From positions 164,238,001 to 164,302,000 of the forward strand of contig NC_091471.1 in assembly GCF_036971445.1 (NCBI RefSeq): a stretch of DNA of 64,000 nucleotides. The letters are read 5' to 3'. This stretch comes from Narcine bancroftii. Lineage: Eukaryota. Position numbers and translations under genes: made by a program. Shown piece after piece: positions 51,098-63,247 of this stretch (its first letter is position 1; every line of letters starts with the position of its first letter). The notes below the pieces were generated by a model, which worked only from the letters and a program-made list of their open reading frames with translations, had not been told where the DNA came from and did no database searches.

Positions 51098-51860
51098 TTG
51101 GCAGCGTGGCTGGAGTGGCTGTCATGGGAGCACTGTTGGTGATGCAGAACTGGGAGAGTGAGGAGTGGAGACACAGCGCTCCTCCCTGGGGTCCTACTGC
51201 CGAGTCATTGACTATAACCACGTAAAGGCATTAAACAGCATGATAAAGCAGCCAATTATTTCTTAACATGTATTAACTACTGAGGTCTGTACCCAATATG
51301 GCAGTGCCCACGATTGGCAGCAGACTACAAGGGGTCGCTAACTCTAGGGGATTAGCAGACTGGCACAGGGCACCAGAGAGCAGATACAACCCGTTGCTGT
51401 GAAACAAACCTTGAGAGATAATCTTAGAGGAATGGAGATAATGCCGATGGTCTAGCGTGGTGCATAACAGCTCAAGGATCCACAAAGGTTGCGGTTTGCT
51501 GACAACTGGTAGATGAAGGATCAAACCCAGCTGCGGCTGCTGGAGACTGGTATATTGGAAGCAATTAGCAGTAACAGGATTTGAGGGGTGTAGAGGGCAA
51601 GAAGGGCTCCCAAAGGGCCTCGTGCTGAAAGCTCGGGTTTGCCAATGGATTGAGTAGGAGGCTGTGTGGCTGCGGAGGCTGTGGGAGCACTAGAGACAAA
51701 TCCATGAATACTCTTTGTCCCTAAAGGGTTTTTCTTTCACTTATTGTTGAGGGTACCAGACAATGCCAGTATCACCTCTTTGTGTGTCCTTAAGGCAGGC
51801 AAAGTTGATGAATTTTGTGTATTATAAACATTTTGTGTATTAATACATGACAATAAAGTC
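51098..51860 (+). repeat. Unclassified repeat family A, diverged copy
   Basis: ggtctgtacccaatatggcagtgcc...gactggcacagggcaccagag...ggctgtgtggctgcggaggctg...tacatgacaataaa. Confidence 0.6.
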
Positions 51861-53089
51861 AGCTAATCTAGTCAAATTGGATACATTTCCCATCGTGTTC
51901 TTGTTATTTTCAGCATTTATGACAGTGGATGTTGGTCTGATGCATTGAACTTTGTTAGATTAGATTAGTTTTTTACGGAACAAATTATGGCTATCTTGGT
52001 TTTTTTTAAAGTAAATCTGAAGGAGCTGATAGCAACTTGGTGAAGAACATTCTCATCCATTTCTCCAAAACCCTTTGGGGAGAGCTGCGGCTGCAAGCAA
52101 TTAGGACTTTATCATCATGTTCAAACTGTGGCCACTTTCAATTATAAATCTCTTCAATAGTGCCAAGCAAAAGGGGTTCAGATATTTTTAAAAAGTAGCA
52201 CAGATTGTAGGTCATAAACACTTTATTTGAAGAAATACTTTGACAGTGAACACTGTGACTTAAATATGTGCTGGCAACATGTGCAATATAATCAGCTTCT
52301 ACCCAAAAGGCTCTCTTTAAATCAGTTTACTTATTATCAGGCCAGTTTTTATTTTGCTTCAGAATGCTACATTCCATATGCCGAGGCATCATTCACAAAA
52401 TTTTCATTCTTCACTATTTTTCTTTGGAACTATTGCCTGGGGGATTCCATTGATTTAATGTTTCTTCATCCAAAAGATTTATAAAGAGGATTGACACACA
52501 GAGAAATCATCCAAGGTGCTCATATAGAATGTCACAACTCTTTTTCACCCATGTTCCAGCTTTCTAGAACTTTACCTGTTCTCATTCCTTCAGCCAAACA
52601 ACATGTAAATATGGTTGCTCGCTATTGGCCAAACGGGAGGGTGAATGGTAGTCACAAAAAAATAGTGTATCTGCAAATGAACATGTAGCCCTATCTGTAA
52701 AATTGATTTGTTTCATAAAAGGATGATTTGAAATGGAAGAGAAGATTCCGCAAGCTAGGTGCTTTTAGTGTCATTGTCTAAGTCCATTTGTATTTTGAGT
52801 CAGCTCCATCTTGTCCCAGTAACTGCAAATAACATTAATTTTATTTTGGCTGCAGATTGATTCATAGGATTTTAATGTAATCAAGGAATTGTGGTCACAT
52901 TATGAGCCACAAGCTGCTGAAATGGCGAGTGACACCTCCTCCAACTTTGAGGCTTTTCCTCACATTCACCTCATAGGATAGCTTATCCTTTTTAAAACAT
53001 CAACAGTGCCTGCTCTATTGAAGTCATGTTATTCTTAACATTAGAAAAGTAACCAGAAATAAAGTGAATGCTTTTAGGTACCCTTGTGT

Positions 53090-53632
53090 CTTCTTTGGCT
53101 TGGCGTCACGGATGAAGATTTATGGAGGGGTAATGTCCACGTCAGCTGCAGGCTCATTTGTGGCTGACAAGTCCGATGCAGGCAGACATGGCTGCAGCGG
53201 TTGCAAGGGAAAATTGGTGGGTTGGCATTGGGTGTTGGGTTTTTTCCTCTTTTGTCTTTTGTCAGTGAGGTGGGCTCTGCGGTCTTCTTCAAAGGAGGTT
53301 GCTGCCCGCCGAACTGTTAGGCGCCAAGATGCACGGTTTGAGGCGAGATCAGCCCACTGGCAGTGGTCAATGGGGCAGGCACCAAGAGATTTCTTTAGGC
53401 AGTCCTTGTACCTTTTCTTTGGTGCACCTCTGTCACGGTGGCCAGTGGAGAGCTCGCCATATAACACGATCTTGGGAAGGCGATGGTCCTCCATTCTGGA
53501 GACGTGACCCATCCAGCGCAGCTGGATCTTCAGCAGCGTGGACTCGATGCTGTCGGCCTCTGCCATCTCGAGTACTTCGATGTTAGGGATGAAGTCACTC
53601 CAGTGAATGTTGAGGATGGAGACAACGCTGGT
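53090..53632 (-). mobile_element. RTE LINE 3' fragment, same family as 7362/16106/19120, slightly more diverged
   Basis: ILNIHWSDFIPNIEVLEMAEADSIESTLLKIQLRWMGHVSRMEDHRLPKIVLYGEL; ttctttggcttggc tail; small frameshifting indels. Confidence 0.92.
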
Positions 53633-54846
53633 GTATATAGCATGAGACCGAAAACAAACCATACTTAGCAATGCAGAGAGAGAACAAAAAAAAAACATTG
53701 GAAATACTTACCAGTTAGCATGTGTGGAGGGAAATAATTTCAAATTCAAGTTCAGGTTCATTGCCACATGATGCAATGATGGAGGGCGTTTTGAGAGCTG
53801 ATTAATATGACATCACATTCATAGTTACAACTAAGTCACAGTAAAAATGTACTGAGTAGCAGAGAGGGATAAGTTGGTGTGCAGCAAATGCAATGCACCG
53901 AGTTAAAATTTTCAATGATCTTTCACCTAACCTGATGCACATTTCCAGTATTTTTTTAAGACATATTTCAGATTTTTAGCCAGCACCTGGAGTTCTTTTA
54001 GTTTCTAGTAATGCATAAGGAGTAAATGCCTCACATGCCATAAGAGATAAACGAGTTCACACACCATAGGTTGTGCATATTAGTCATCCGCACTTCCAGA
54101 CCCACACCTACATTTATGTGACGACTGTAAAACTGAAGCATATGCTGCCAGCAACTAAAATTGTAACTTAGTTTAAGTTCAGATTTGTCAAGGTTGATTG
54201 TGTGCTACTAATCAGAGAGAAGACATCCATGATTTAACAAAGCAGGTGAAAACGGAAATTGAATGGATGTTGCATACAAGGACATCTGAATAAATTTATA
54301 GGCAAAGGAATGTTTATATTTTGGCTATGAAATTGGCTAAGTGCCAATTTCATCTGTTGTGGATGTTTTACTTGGGGAAGATCAAAATATGTTTTTGTCC
54401 CTATAAAATTGATATAGCCCAGGGGTTGGAAGTAAAAGTGGAGATCGAGAGCAGGGGGTGCGGGCTGGTTGGGAGCACTGGGTTAGTAAAAGGGTACAGT
54501 CAGGTTTATAGGTATTGGACGAGGGTAGTTGGAAACATGAGAGTAGGGAGAGGAATGTTTGGAATATAGGAGTTGGCAAATAGAAGGTAAGAGACTTGGG
54601 GTTTGAAAAAGACCTGATTGGTTCCATGAGGATTTGAGGACAGGGGCCAATCAGTCATTGGGTTAGGGATGGGAACTGTAAATGGGGACAAGGGTTGGAA
54701 GGGAAATTAGGGACAGTTAGATGTACAAGATGGAGACACAAGTGATAGCAGATGATGGAATCTGGAGCAAGACAATATACATGGATAAATTCAGCAGGTC
54801 AAAGTAGTATCTCTGGAGGGGAAGAGATGGTCAGCATTTTGAGACC

Positions 54847-55902
54847 TTGCAAAAGGACTTCTTGATTGAAAGATTACAGTCTGCACAGGTTGGCAGCAAA
54901 ACTTTGAGCACCATCACACTGAGCACTGGCATACCTCAGGGCTGTGTGCTCAGCTCTATACTGTTCATGCTGCTAATTCAAAACTGTACTGCTAGGTTCA
55001 GCTCCAACAGCGTCATCAAGTTTATGGATGACACAATGGTTTTTGGCCAATCAGCAACAACGATGAGTCAGCTTAAAGAGAAAAAGTTGAAAGGCTTGTA
55101 TAGTGATGCAAAAAATCATCCTGAGTCTCAATGTGGACAAGACAAAGGAGATGAATGTGGACAAGACAAAGGAGATGATGTGGACAAGACAAAGGAGATG
55201 AATGTGGACTTGCAGAGGATGAAGGACCATTTCCCACTACATATCAATGGCTTCATCTTAGAGAGAGTGAGGAGCATGATGTTCCTTGGCATCCATTTAA
55301 AGGATGACCTGTCCTAGACCAACAACACCCTCTCATTAGTCAGGAAGGTGCAGTAGCACTTACATCTCCTAAGAAATTTGTGGAGATCAAGGTGATCGGC
55401 CACCATCCTATCAATGTTCTACAGGAGCACAATAGAGAGGGTCCTGGCTGGCTACATCTTAGTGTGGTATGATAGCTGCAAAGCATCAGATCAGAGCATC
55501 ATATGGAGGGTGATTAAAATTGCTGAGAAATTGACTGGTGTCACCCTTCCCTCTATTGGCAATATCTGCAGGAACTGGTGTTTAAAGTGGGCTCAGAGAA
55601 TCATTGAGAACCCTAACTTTGCAGCCTGCAGTATATTTGAGAAACTACCTTCAAGGAAGAGGTACAAGAGCATAAAAACCAGGACACCAGCTTCTTCCCA
55701 GAGGGGGGTGAGACTGTCAACCAATCCTAGAAACACGTAAATTATTTTTATTTATATTTATTTATTTTTATTTTGTATTGTTATGTATTTATGTCATTTG
55801 TGTGTAAGGTGTACTCTGTGTCAGTGTGTGTGCACTATGGTCCAGAGATGTGCTGTTTCATTGAGTTGTATATGTATAATCAGATAACAAGAAACTTGAA
55901 CT
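54847..55902 (+). mobile_element. Rex1/Babar LINE 3' part, inserted into a Penelope terminal-repeat remnant
   Basis: TLSTGIPQGCVLS; KFMDDT; MFYRSTIERVLAGYILVWY; KLPSRKRYKSIKTRT; aaacttgaact tail. Flanks 54735-54846 and 55903-55960 are Penelope-end sequence. Confidence 0.88.
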
Positions 55903-56002
55903 CTCAGACATGATGCAGGGTCTCAACACAAAATGTTGACCATTTACTTTGCTTCCTCTCATAGCAATTAGAATATTGGTTTGATCGTCATGAGTTGTCA
56001 AA

Positions 56003-56212
56003 ATGGATATACCGTGCTTTATGAAACTAGAGTGCTCCTATGAAACCTTTCGTAGCAGAAATGGTGTAAAGCAAAGATCCATTCACTGTTATTGGAGGCC
56101 ATTTACGTAAAAGCAAAAACCCATTCAAATCCTTTCATAAAAGCAAACACAGCTTTCTTCATAAAAACAAATTTTCGTAATTCGAGTATTCATAAAGCGG
56201 GGTTTGGCTGTA
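56003..56212. mobile_element. Tc1/mariner (Tigger-like) MITE, degraded
   Basis: Inverted ends ccgtgctttatgaa / ttcataaagcgggg...ctgTA; repeated ttcgtaa/ttcataa motifs. Confidence 0.45.
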
Positions 56213-56274
56213 GTTGATTTTGGTTTCTGTGGAGGGTGAAACAATTTTGGTCTTCATTTTATTAATTTTTCAGG

Positions 56275-56900
56275 ATCTGGGCGCTGCTGGCAAGGCCAGC
56301 ATTTATTTCCCATCCCTAATTACTCTTAGGAAGCTAATAGTAAGCCACTTCTTGAACTACTGCTGTCCATCTGGTGAAGAAACTCCCACTCAGTGAAGAA
56401 ATCATTTATGGGATTCTAGGATTGTTCAATAGTCTCATTGCCTGAGGGAAGAAGCTGTTTCCAAGTTTCGCAGTCCTGGTTATTATGCTTCTGTACTTCT
56501 TCCCTAAAGGTAGTATCTCAAAGGGCTGCAGGGGAGGGAATTTCAAACTTTGAGCAAGAATAATGGAACAATATATTCCTAAGCAGCACTCTATATGCTT
56601 AAGTGGTCATTTTCAGTTGATGGTGACTATCGTATGAGAATGTCTTTCCCTTCTAGGTGCTGATGTAGGCATGACATCAGGGTACCTTGGTGAGAAACTG
56701 AGGTGCATTTTGCAAATTGTATACACTGCTCAACTGGTTGAGAGCAAAACAGGTTAGGTTGGTAGGTGAGTTAATGAAGCATGGTGCTCTGTGCTGGAAG
56801 TATTGAATGCCTTGAGTGTTATAGGAGTTATACACATGATAGAAGTGTTCAGAGATGAGTCATACAATGTAGGATACTAGATTCTGGTCTTAATTTAGAT
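56275..56900 (-). mobile_element. Old CR1/L2-superclade LINE 3' end, with a Rex1-like piece at about 56400-56530
   Basis: ctgggcgctgctggcaaggccagcatttatttcccatccctaatt...ccacttcttgaactactgc. Confidence 0.55.
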
Positions 56901-56944
56901 AAACACAAAAGGTACAGATTGCCGAAGTCTTCCCCAAATAATGA

Positions 56945-57830
56945 AAATACAAGAAATAGGATGAGTGTGGACCATTTTTCTCATGGAGCTTTTCTGCCAT
57001 TTAATACAATCTTAGCTGATCTGACTGTAGACTCAGCTTCACCCAAACATCTGTCTCCCATGAACCTAATTTCCCTACTTTTAAAAATCTAACTCTGGCT
57101 TAAATATATTCAAATAGACAGCTTCTACTGCTTTCTCGGACAGAGAAATTTACACATCCACTACTCTTCGGGAGAAGCAGTTCTAGCTAAACTCTTAAAT
57201 CTAAAATCTTGAATCTACTCTTCCATATCTTGAGCCATTGTCCCCTAGTTATAGTCTCATCAGCAAATAACCTTATACCTTTTATCAACAATTCCTTTCA
57301 TAATTTTATATAAGATACCGTCCTCACCTTTCTAAATTCCATTGGGCACATGGCCAGGCTAGTTAATCTCTCCTCAAAAACTAACCCTTTCATTTCTGGA
57401 AGCAACCTGGTGAACCTCCTTTGTCATGCATATCAGTGTAACATATACAGTTGTTTCTTTCCTTTTTGGTCTCCTCACTTCAGAAAATATATACTCAAGT
57501 AAGGAGACTAAAAATGCATGCAATAACCCAGGTGTCGCCTTCCTGCTCTTAAATTCGACACCACCAGCAATGAAGGCTAATGTCCCATTTGTCTCAACTG
57601 CCCTGAAAAGTAGACTGACCATTTTATTGAAGCTTTTTGAGGGTAATAATAAGTATACAACTCCTCTGTATGTATGTCTGGTTGTGTGTCTGCATGTTTT
57701 GCACCTAGGACCGGAGAATGCTGTTTCGTTGGGCTGTACCTGTACCATCGGATGACAATAAACTTGTATTTACTCTGCAGACTCCTTGTGTCCTCCATCC
57801 AATTAGTTTTTCCACCTAATTTAGAGTAAC
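56945..57830 (-). mobile_element. CR1 3' fragment with a Rex1-type tail insertion (about 57665-57770, +)
   Basis: RAVETNGTLAFIAGGVEFKSRK; gcaacctggtgaacctcc; insert ends gatgacaataaacttg. Confidence 0.7.
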
Positions 57831-57879
57831 CAACAAACTTAGCGTTGCGCTAGCTAATATGCCTATTGTGTCGTCACTG

Positions 57880-58060
57880 TTTGGACAAACCTCTTTGGGG
57901 AATTGAAATGACATGCAACCAGAAGCTAGGCTTGGCTGCTGAGAACAGAGCACAGGTGCTCTACTGAACAATTGCTTCGCCTGCACTTGGCCTCACCAGC
58001 ACAGAGAAGGCCACGCTGTGAGCATTGAATACAATCGACCAGATTGGAGGATGTGCACTT
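57880..58060 (-). mobile_element. Penelope-like GIY-YIG fragment
   Basis: Minus strand tgtattcaatgctcacagcgtggccttctctgtgctggtgaggccaagtgcagg...gtagagcacctgtgctctgt, a degenerate CIQCSQCGLLYIGETK...EHL. Confidence 0.65.
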
Positions 58061-59854
58061 GGAAAATTGAGCTCTGCCTCCAAGACATTCCTAGGCACGT
58101 GTGACTACACAGCAGGATGGAGATTCACGGTGAAGTCCCCAGAAAACAGTCGAGCACCATATTGCTAGTCAAGAACAAGACCACAATTCATGTTGTCACT
58201 CAAAGGGATCTCACGCTCTGGGCAGTTGTCTCAAAACTCCCTCAACAGAAGTCAGTTTGAATTTACAACCAAATAGAAAGAATCAATAAGTTAGTTGTGA
58301 TGCAACTGATGTTAGTGGTTCACGATCACAGATTCCCCAAAACACGTCTGGACAAAAATTAAACAATTGGCACTGAACCAGTGTTTTGCAGCCCAACAGA
58401 TTTGCAATGCCCCGAAGAGCTATTTTCTTATCAGGTTAACAGGCTAACAAAAATGCCAAATTCAACAATGGCAAGAGACAGAACATCAGTAAAGTATGTA
58501 TAAAAAGCCAGAGGCTTAAGTAATTTGTATGCTGTACATGAAAAGCAACAAACACTTGTCTAATCGACCAGAAACAACTGCAGATATAAATGTAATGTTT
58601 GTTGGTGTGGGGTGTTTAGCAATCTGACAATGCATAGTACAGTGAATTCCTACAGCTGTTGTGTCTTTATAAATGTCTTCAATTAAAAGTTCGAGTCTGT
58701 AAAGGGTACCACAGTGATTCACCAAACAGATGCTCCACTTTCTACTCTGAATACCATTAAGCATTGCTTGTTACGCCTTTCTGAGCTACCTCAGGGCATC
58801 TTAGAGGAATTAAAAGGAGGATTTAATTACACAGTTTAATCAATACAAAATTACATCTGTGAGGAGCATCAACTCGAGTTTGCATTGAATGCAACTGGTC
58901 ATCAACACACACAGAACTCGAAGCAATATTATGGTCATTGGAAGATCCCAATGTTGTCACATTTAGTGTCAAAATACTGGAGAATAATTAATTTCACAAG
59001 GAAAGCAACAGAATCCAGAATAAAAATGATCAATTTTGATAATAGACATACATTCATTTGCATTATCTGTGCTTCAAGGCTTTGAGCAGATGAACAATTG
59101 AATCTTTAGCAAATGACAGGTGCCTCATTTAATTTTTGTTTTAGTGTCCTGATCCTGTCAAAATTATTGGAAGGCAGACACAGTGGAAATGTATTCCTCA
59201 AAAGGACCATTGCAGCCATGTCTAAAAAGATGTCACAGAATCCAGTGGAACCTTGGGCTCACATGGAATATTAACACCACTGACAGGCACACTTCCCTGA
59301 CTTCCAGATTTTCATAACTTCACCCATATTTCTTCCAGTGACCATGGCAACACACTCATGTTTTTGCACTCCCTTCAACCAGAATGTGTATTCCTTTTAA
59401 CCCACTGACAACCAAAATTATTCAGCAAATCTCTCAGCTCCCCACCCTGAACAGTTTAATTTACCTTCATCATGCAGATTATCAAAAGAAAGAGAATCTT
59501 TTCTCATTGTCCCTTCTGTTTCAAAAAGTTGAAAAAATATTTTAAAGCATGGAATAGAGTAAAATGCACTGGGATTCTAGCATTTTAGAATGCAGGACAA
59601 CAGATTTTCCAGATAAATGGATATTATTCCAATAAATAACAACACACTGTTAACTTGCTTTTTTTCTTCAGGATGCCATTAGTTTCAATTATAGAAAAGG
59701 AAAGGACTTGTCTTTGGGTTGAAATTGTAAACATGAGAAAGGGCAATTTGAGGAAATGAGAAAGGATCTAGAACGTGTTGATTGGGAAGGATTCTGGCAA
59801 GGATCTGTGAAGTAAGTGAAAAACGTTCAAAGGTGAAATATTCAGAGTATAGAG

Positions 59855-60121
59855 CAGTGGTTCTCAACTTTTTTCTTTCACTCACATACCACTCTAAGTA
59901 ATCCCCCTATGCCATCAGTGCTCTGTGATTAGTAACTCCTTTGGAGTTAGGACACCATGCACATAATGAGTCAATTAGGTACAATTAAAACAGTGGTTTT
60001 CAAACTTTTCTTCCCACCCACATACCACCTTAAGCAATCCCTTACTAATCACAGAGCACTGATGGCACAGGGGTTAAATAAAGTGGTATGTGAGTGGAAA
60101 TAAAAAGGTTGAGAACCACTG
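59855..60121. mobile_element. hAT (Charlie-like) MITE copy 3, rearranged variant
   Basis: TIR CAGTGGTTCTCAAC / GTTGAGAACCACTG; perfect 8-bp TSD GTATAGAG at 59847-59854 and 60122-60129. Confidence 0.92.
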
Positions 60122-61410
60122 GTATAGAGTTTGTTCCTGTCAGGATTAAAGACAAAGTTAACAGGAATAGGGAATCTTGGTTTTCGAGGGATTTTGAGAA
60201 TCTGGTTTGGAAGAAGAGGTGTATAACAGATAACAGCAATAGGGGGAAAATGTAGTACCTAAGGAGTATTAAAAAAATGCCCCAAAAAAATCAAGAAAGA
60301 AATCAGGTAGGTTAAAATACATGAGATTGCTTTGGCAGACAATGTGAAGGAAAATCCTAAGGATTTCCACAGGAATAGTAAGAGCAAAAGGGATAGTAAG
60401 GGACAAAATATCTCCCCTTGAAGATCAAAATGGTCAGCTATGTATGGAACTGGAATATATGGGGAGATCTTAAATGAGTTTTTTGCATTAGTATTTATTC
60501 AGGAAACTGGCACAGAATCAAGGGAATTTAGGAAAACAAGCAGTGAAGTCATGGAAGCTACACAGATTAATGAGGAGAAAGTGCTTGCTGTCTTAAAAGG
60601 ATGGATAAATCCCAAGGGCCTGACAAGATATTCCCTCAGATATTGTAGAGGCTCTAGAAGAAATACTTAAAATGTCCTTAGCTACGGGTGTGATGCTGGA
60701 GGGTTGGAGGGTAGCTCATGTTGTTCTGTTGTTTAAAAAAGGTTCCAAAGGTAATCCTGGAAATTCTAGGCCACTGCGCCTCATGCTACTATTAAACAAA
60801 TTATTGGAAGGTGTTCTAAAAAAATCAGATATATTGTACAAGTATTTGGATAGCGAGGGACTGATAAAGAGATAATTAACATGGCTTTGTGCATGGTAGG
60901 TCATGTTTAACCAATCTGAATTTTTCGAGGAGATTACCAGGAAAGTTAATGAAGGAAAGAAGGTGGACATTGTCTACAAGGACCCACATGAGAGGTTAGT
61001 CAAGAAGGTTCGGATGCTTGATATTCATGGTGAGCTATCAATTGGATTTGAAATTGGCTATACGGGAGAAGCCAGAGAGTGGCGGTGGATGATTGCTTCT
61101 CAGACTGGAGGCCTCAGGGATCGTTGTTTGTCATCTATATCAATGATCTGGATGATAATGTGGTAAATTGCATCAGCAAGTTTATAGATGACACAAAATT
61201 CTGAGTGATTGTGGACACCGAGGAAGGTTTTCAAAGCTTGCAGAGGGATCAAGACCAGTTGATAAAATGGGCTGAAAAATGGCAGATGAACTTAATTCAG
61301 ACAAGTATGAGGTGCTGCATTCTATACAGACAAACCAAGAAAGGACATACATAGTAAATGGTAGGGCACTGAGGAGTGTGGTGGAACAGAGGGATTTGGG
61401 AATACAGATG

Positions 61411-61861
61411 CAGTATAACTGCGATTATCTGAAATGATTGGGACCAGGGCAATTTTGGATAAACATTTTTTCAGACAACTGGTCATTTTTTAAAAACAGC
61501 CCAGTAGCAACAGCAAATCACTTGTAACACTGCTTAAGCAAGAACAAACACCAAGGTAAGGCTTTTTAAGCATTAAAATAATGCTTAATTCCCACCAAAA
61601 AAATGCTGGCCAATGCCAATCAACAACACCTCCTGCCGAGAACCTGAAGTCCACACACCCACTGAGAGCCCAAGGTCATCACTGCCGCTGGCAGCCCGAG
61701 GTCTGACCTGGCACCAGGAGGCTGATGTCACTGCACCAGCTGGGAGCCCAATGTCCCCGCTGCTGCCAGCACCCGAGGTCCTCGGTCAGTTCAGCTCTGA
61801 AAAAATTTCGGATCAATGAGGATTTTGGAGAATCCAATTTCAGATAATTGGAGCTATATGG
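61411..61861. mobile_element. Tc1/mariner (Tigger/pogo-like) non-autonomous element inside the CR1
   Basis: TIR cagtataactgcgattatctgaaat / atttcagataattggagctatatgg; TG/TA flanks; CR1 continues across the insert (ggaatacagat | aattccctcaaagtggcgtcac). Confidence 0.75.
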
Positions 61862-62815
61862 TAGAAAATTCCCTCAAAGTGGCGTCACGGGTAGATTGGG
61901 TTGTAAAGAGAGCTTTTGACATCCTGGTCTTCATAAATCAAAGTACTGAGTATAGGAATTGGGGTGTTATGGAAAAGTTGTACAAGACATTGGTGAGGCC
62001 AAATTTGGAGTATTATGTGCAGATTTGGTCAATTAACTACAGAAAAGATATCAAGAGGATAGAAAGAGTGCAGATATTTACTAGGATTTTGCCTGGACTT
62101 CAGGAAATGAGCTACAGAGAGGGATTAAACAGGTAAGGACTTTATACACTGGAGCGTAGAAGAATGAGGGGAGATTTAATAGTAGCATTTGAAATTACGA
62201 GGGGTATAAACAGAGTAAATGTAGGTAGACTTTTTCCACTGAGGGTACGGGAGATACAAACCAGAGGACATGGGCTAAGGGAGGATGGGGAAAAGTTTCA
62301 GGGGAAAATTGGGGGAAACATCTTCACACAGCGAGTGGTGGGAGTGTGGAACGAGCTGCCAGCTGAAGTGGTGAATACGGGCTCAATTTTAAAATGAAGA
62401 AGAATTTGAACAGGTACATGGATGGGAGGGGTATAGATACCTATGGACTGGGTGCAGGTCAGTGAGACAAGGAAGAAAAATAGGTCACCACAGACTGGAA
62501 GGGCCAAAAGTCCTGTTTCTGTGCCTGTAATATTCTATGGTTGGAAAACATATTACTGCACTATCATTCAGTTCCTACTTTACATTACCAACTTACTTAA
62601 AGCTCAAGGTCACCATAAAAGCAATCACTTTCCTAATTCTCCTCATGACCCTTTCTAGAGAGGAAGCCTCAGAACTATAAGAATCACATGCTAACTGAGT
62701 TAACAGGGCAACTCTGCTAGTTGCCATCCAACGCCAGTCTCGGCAGACCTTGATAATCTTCACGTGTTAGTGTGTCAATGAACCTTCTGCTTTGATTAAT
62801 TTTAATTAGACTTAC

Positions 62816-62845
62816 TCATCAGAGTAAACAGAGTGGAGACTGCAC
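62816..62845 (-). other. Candidate 30-nt microexon of an unidentified minus-strand transcript
   Basis: Minus strand: ttttgtttctgttctcgccacAG | gtgcagtctccactctgtttactctgatga | GTAAGT; two open frames (xCSLHSVYSDx or xAVSTLFTLMx); non-repetitive flanks. Confidence 0.4.
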
Positions 62846-63194
62846 CTGTGGCGAGAACAGAAACAAAATATGTGTACTTCATATTTCAGTGTCGCAATGC
62901 TGTTGTACCCCTCCTGATGTGCATTTCAAATAAGTGAAAGTCTAGAAGGTGCAGATACTGGGAATCAAAAAAAAAACTGGAATAATCAGCGGGTCAGACA
63001 GCATCGTGCACCTAAGCATGCTGCAGGTTTCTGGACTCAATCTTGATTATTCAGTTTCAGACCACTTGATTTCTGTATTAGCCACTCATCTGTAATATTT
63101 GCTCAACCTTGTTGATCTATTTTAAATTTTTTTCTCTCTGGGAGTAGAGGAGATGTCCAGCCTCGTGTGCCAAGAGAGACAAGGGACTCCAGGT

Positions 63195-63197
<3 letters not shown>

Positions 63198-63242
<45 letters not shown>
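63198..63242. repeat. (GA)n microsatellite
   Basis: Directly visible. Confidence 0.95.

Positions 63243-63247
<5 letters not shown>

Larger units (their letters stand above)
59672..62545 (+). mobile_element. Long decayed CR1 ORF2 with two DNA-transposon insertions
   Basis: VKENPKDF; WRVAHVVLLFKKGSKGNPGNSRP; EFFEEITRKVNEGKKVD; SKFIDDTK; LVRPNLEYYVQIWS; FTQRVVGVWNELP; attctatgg tail. Confidence 0.92.

Noticed and set aside
9069-61861. Apparent targeting of DNA transposons to CR1 (four insertions inside CR1 copies)
   Set aside because: Small sample, CR1 covers a large share of the window, and insertions are easier to recognise inside known repeats.
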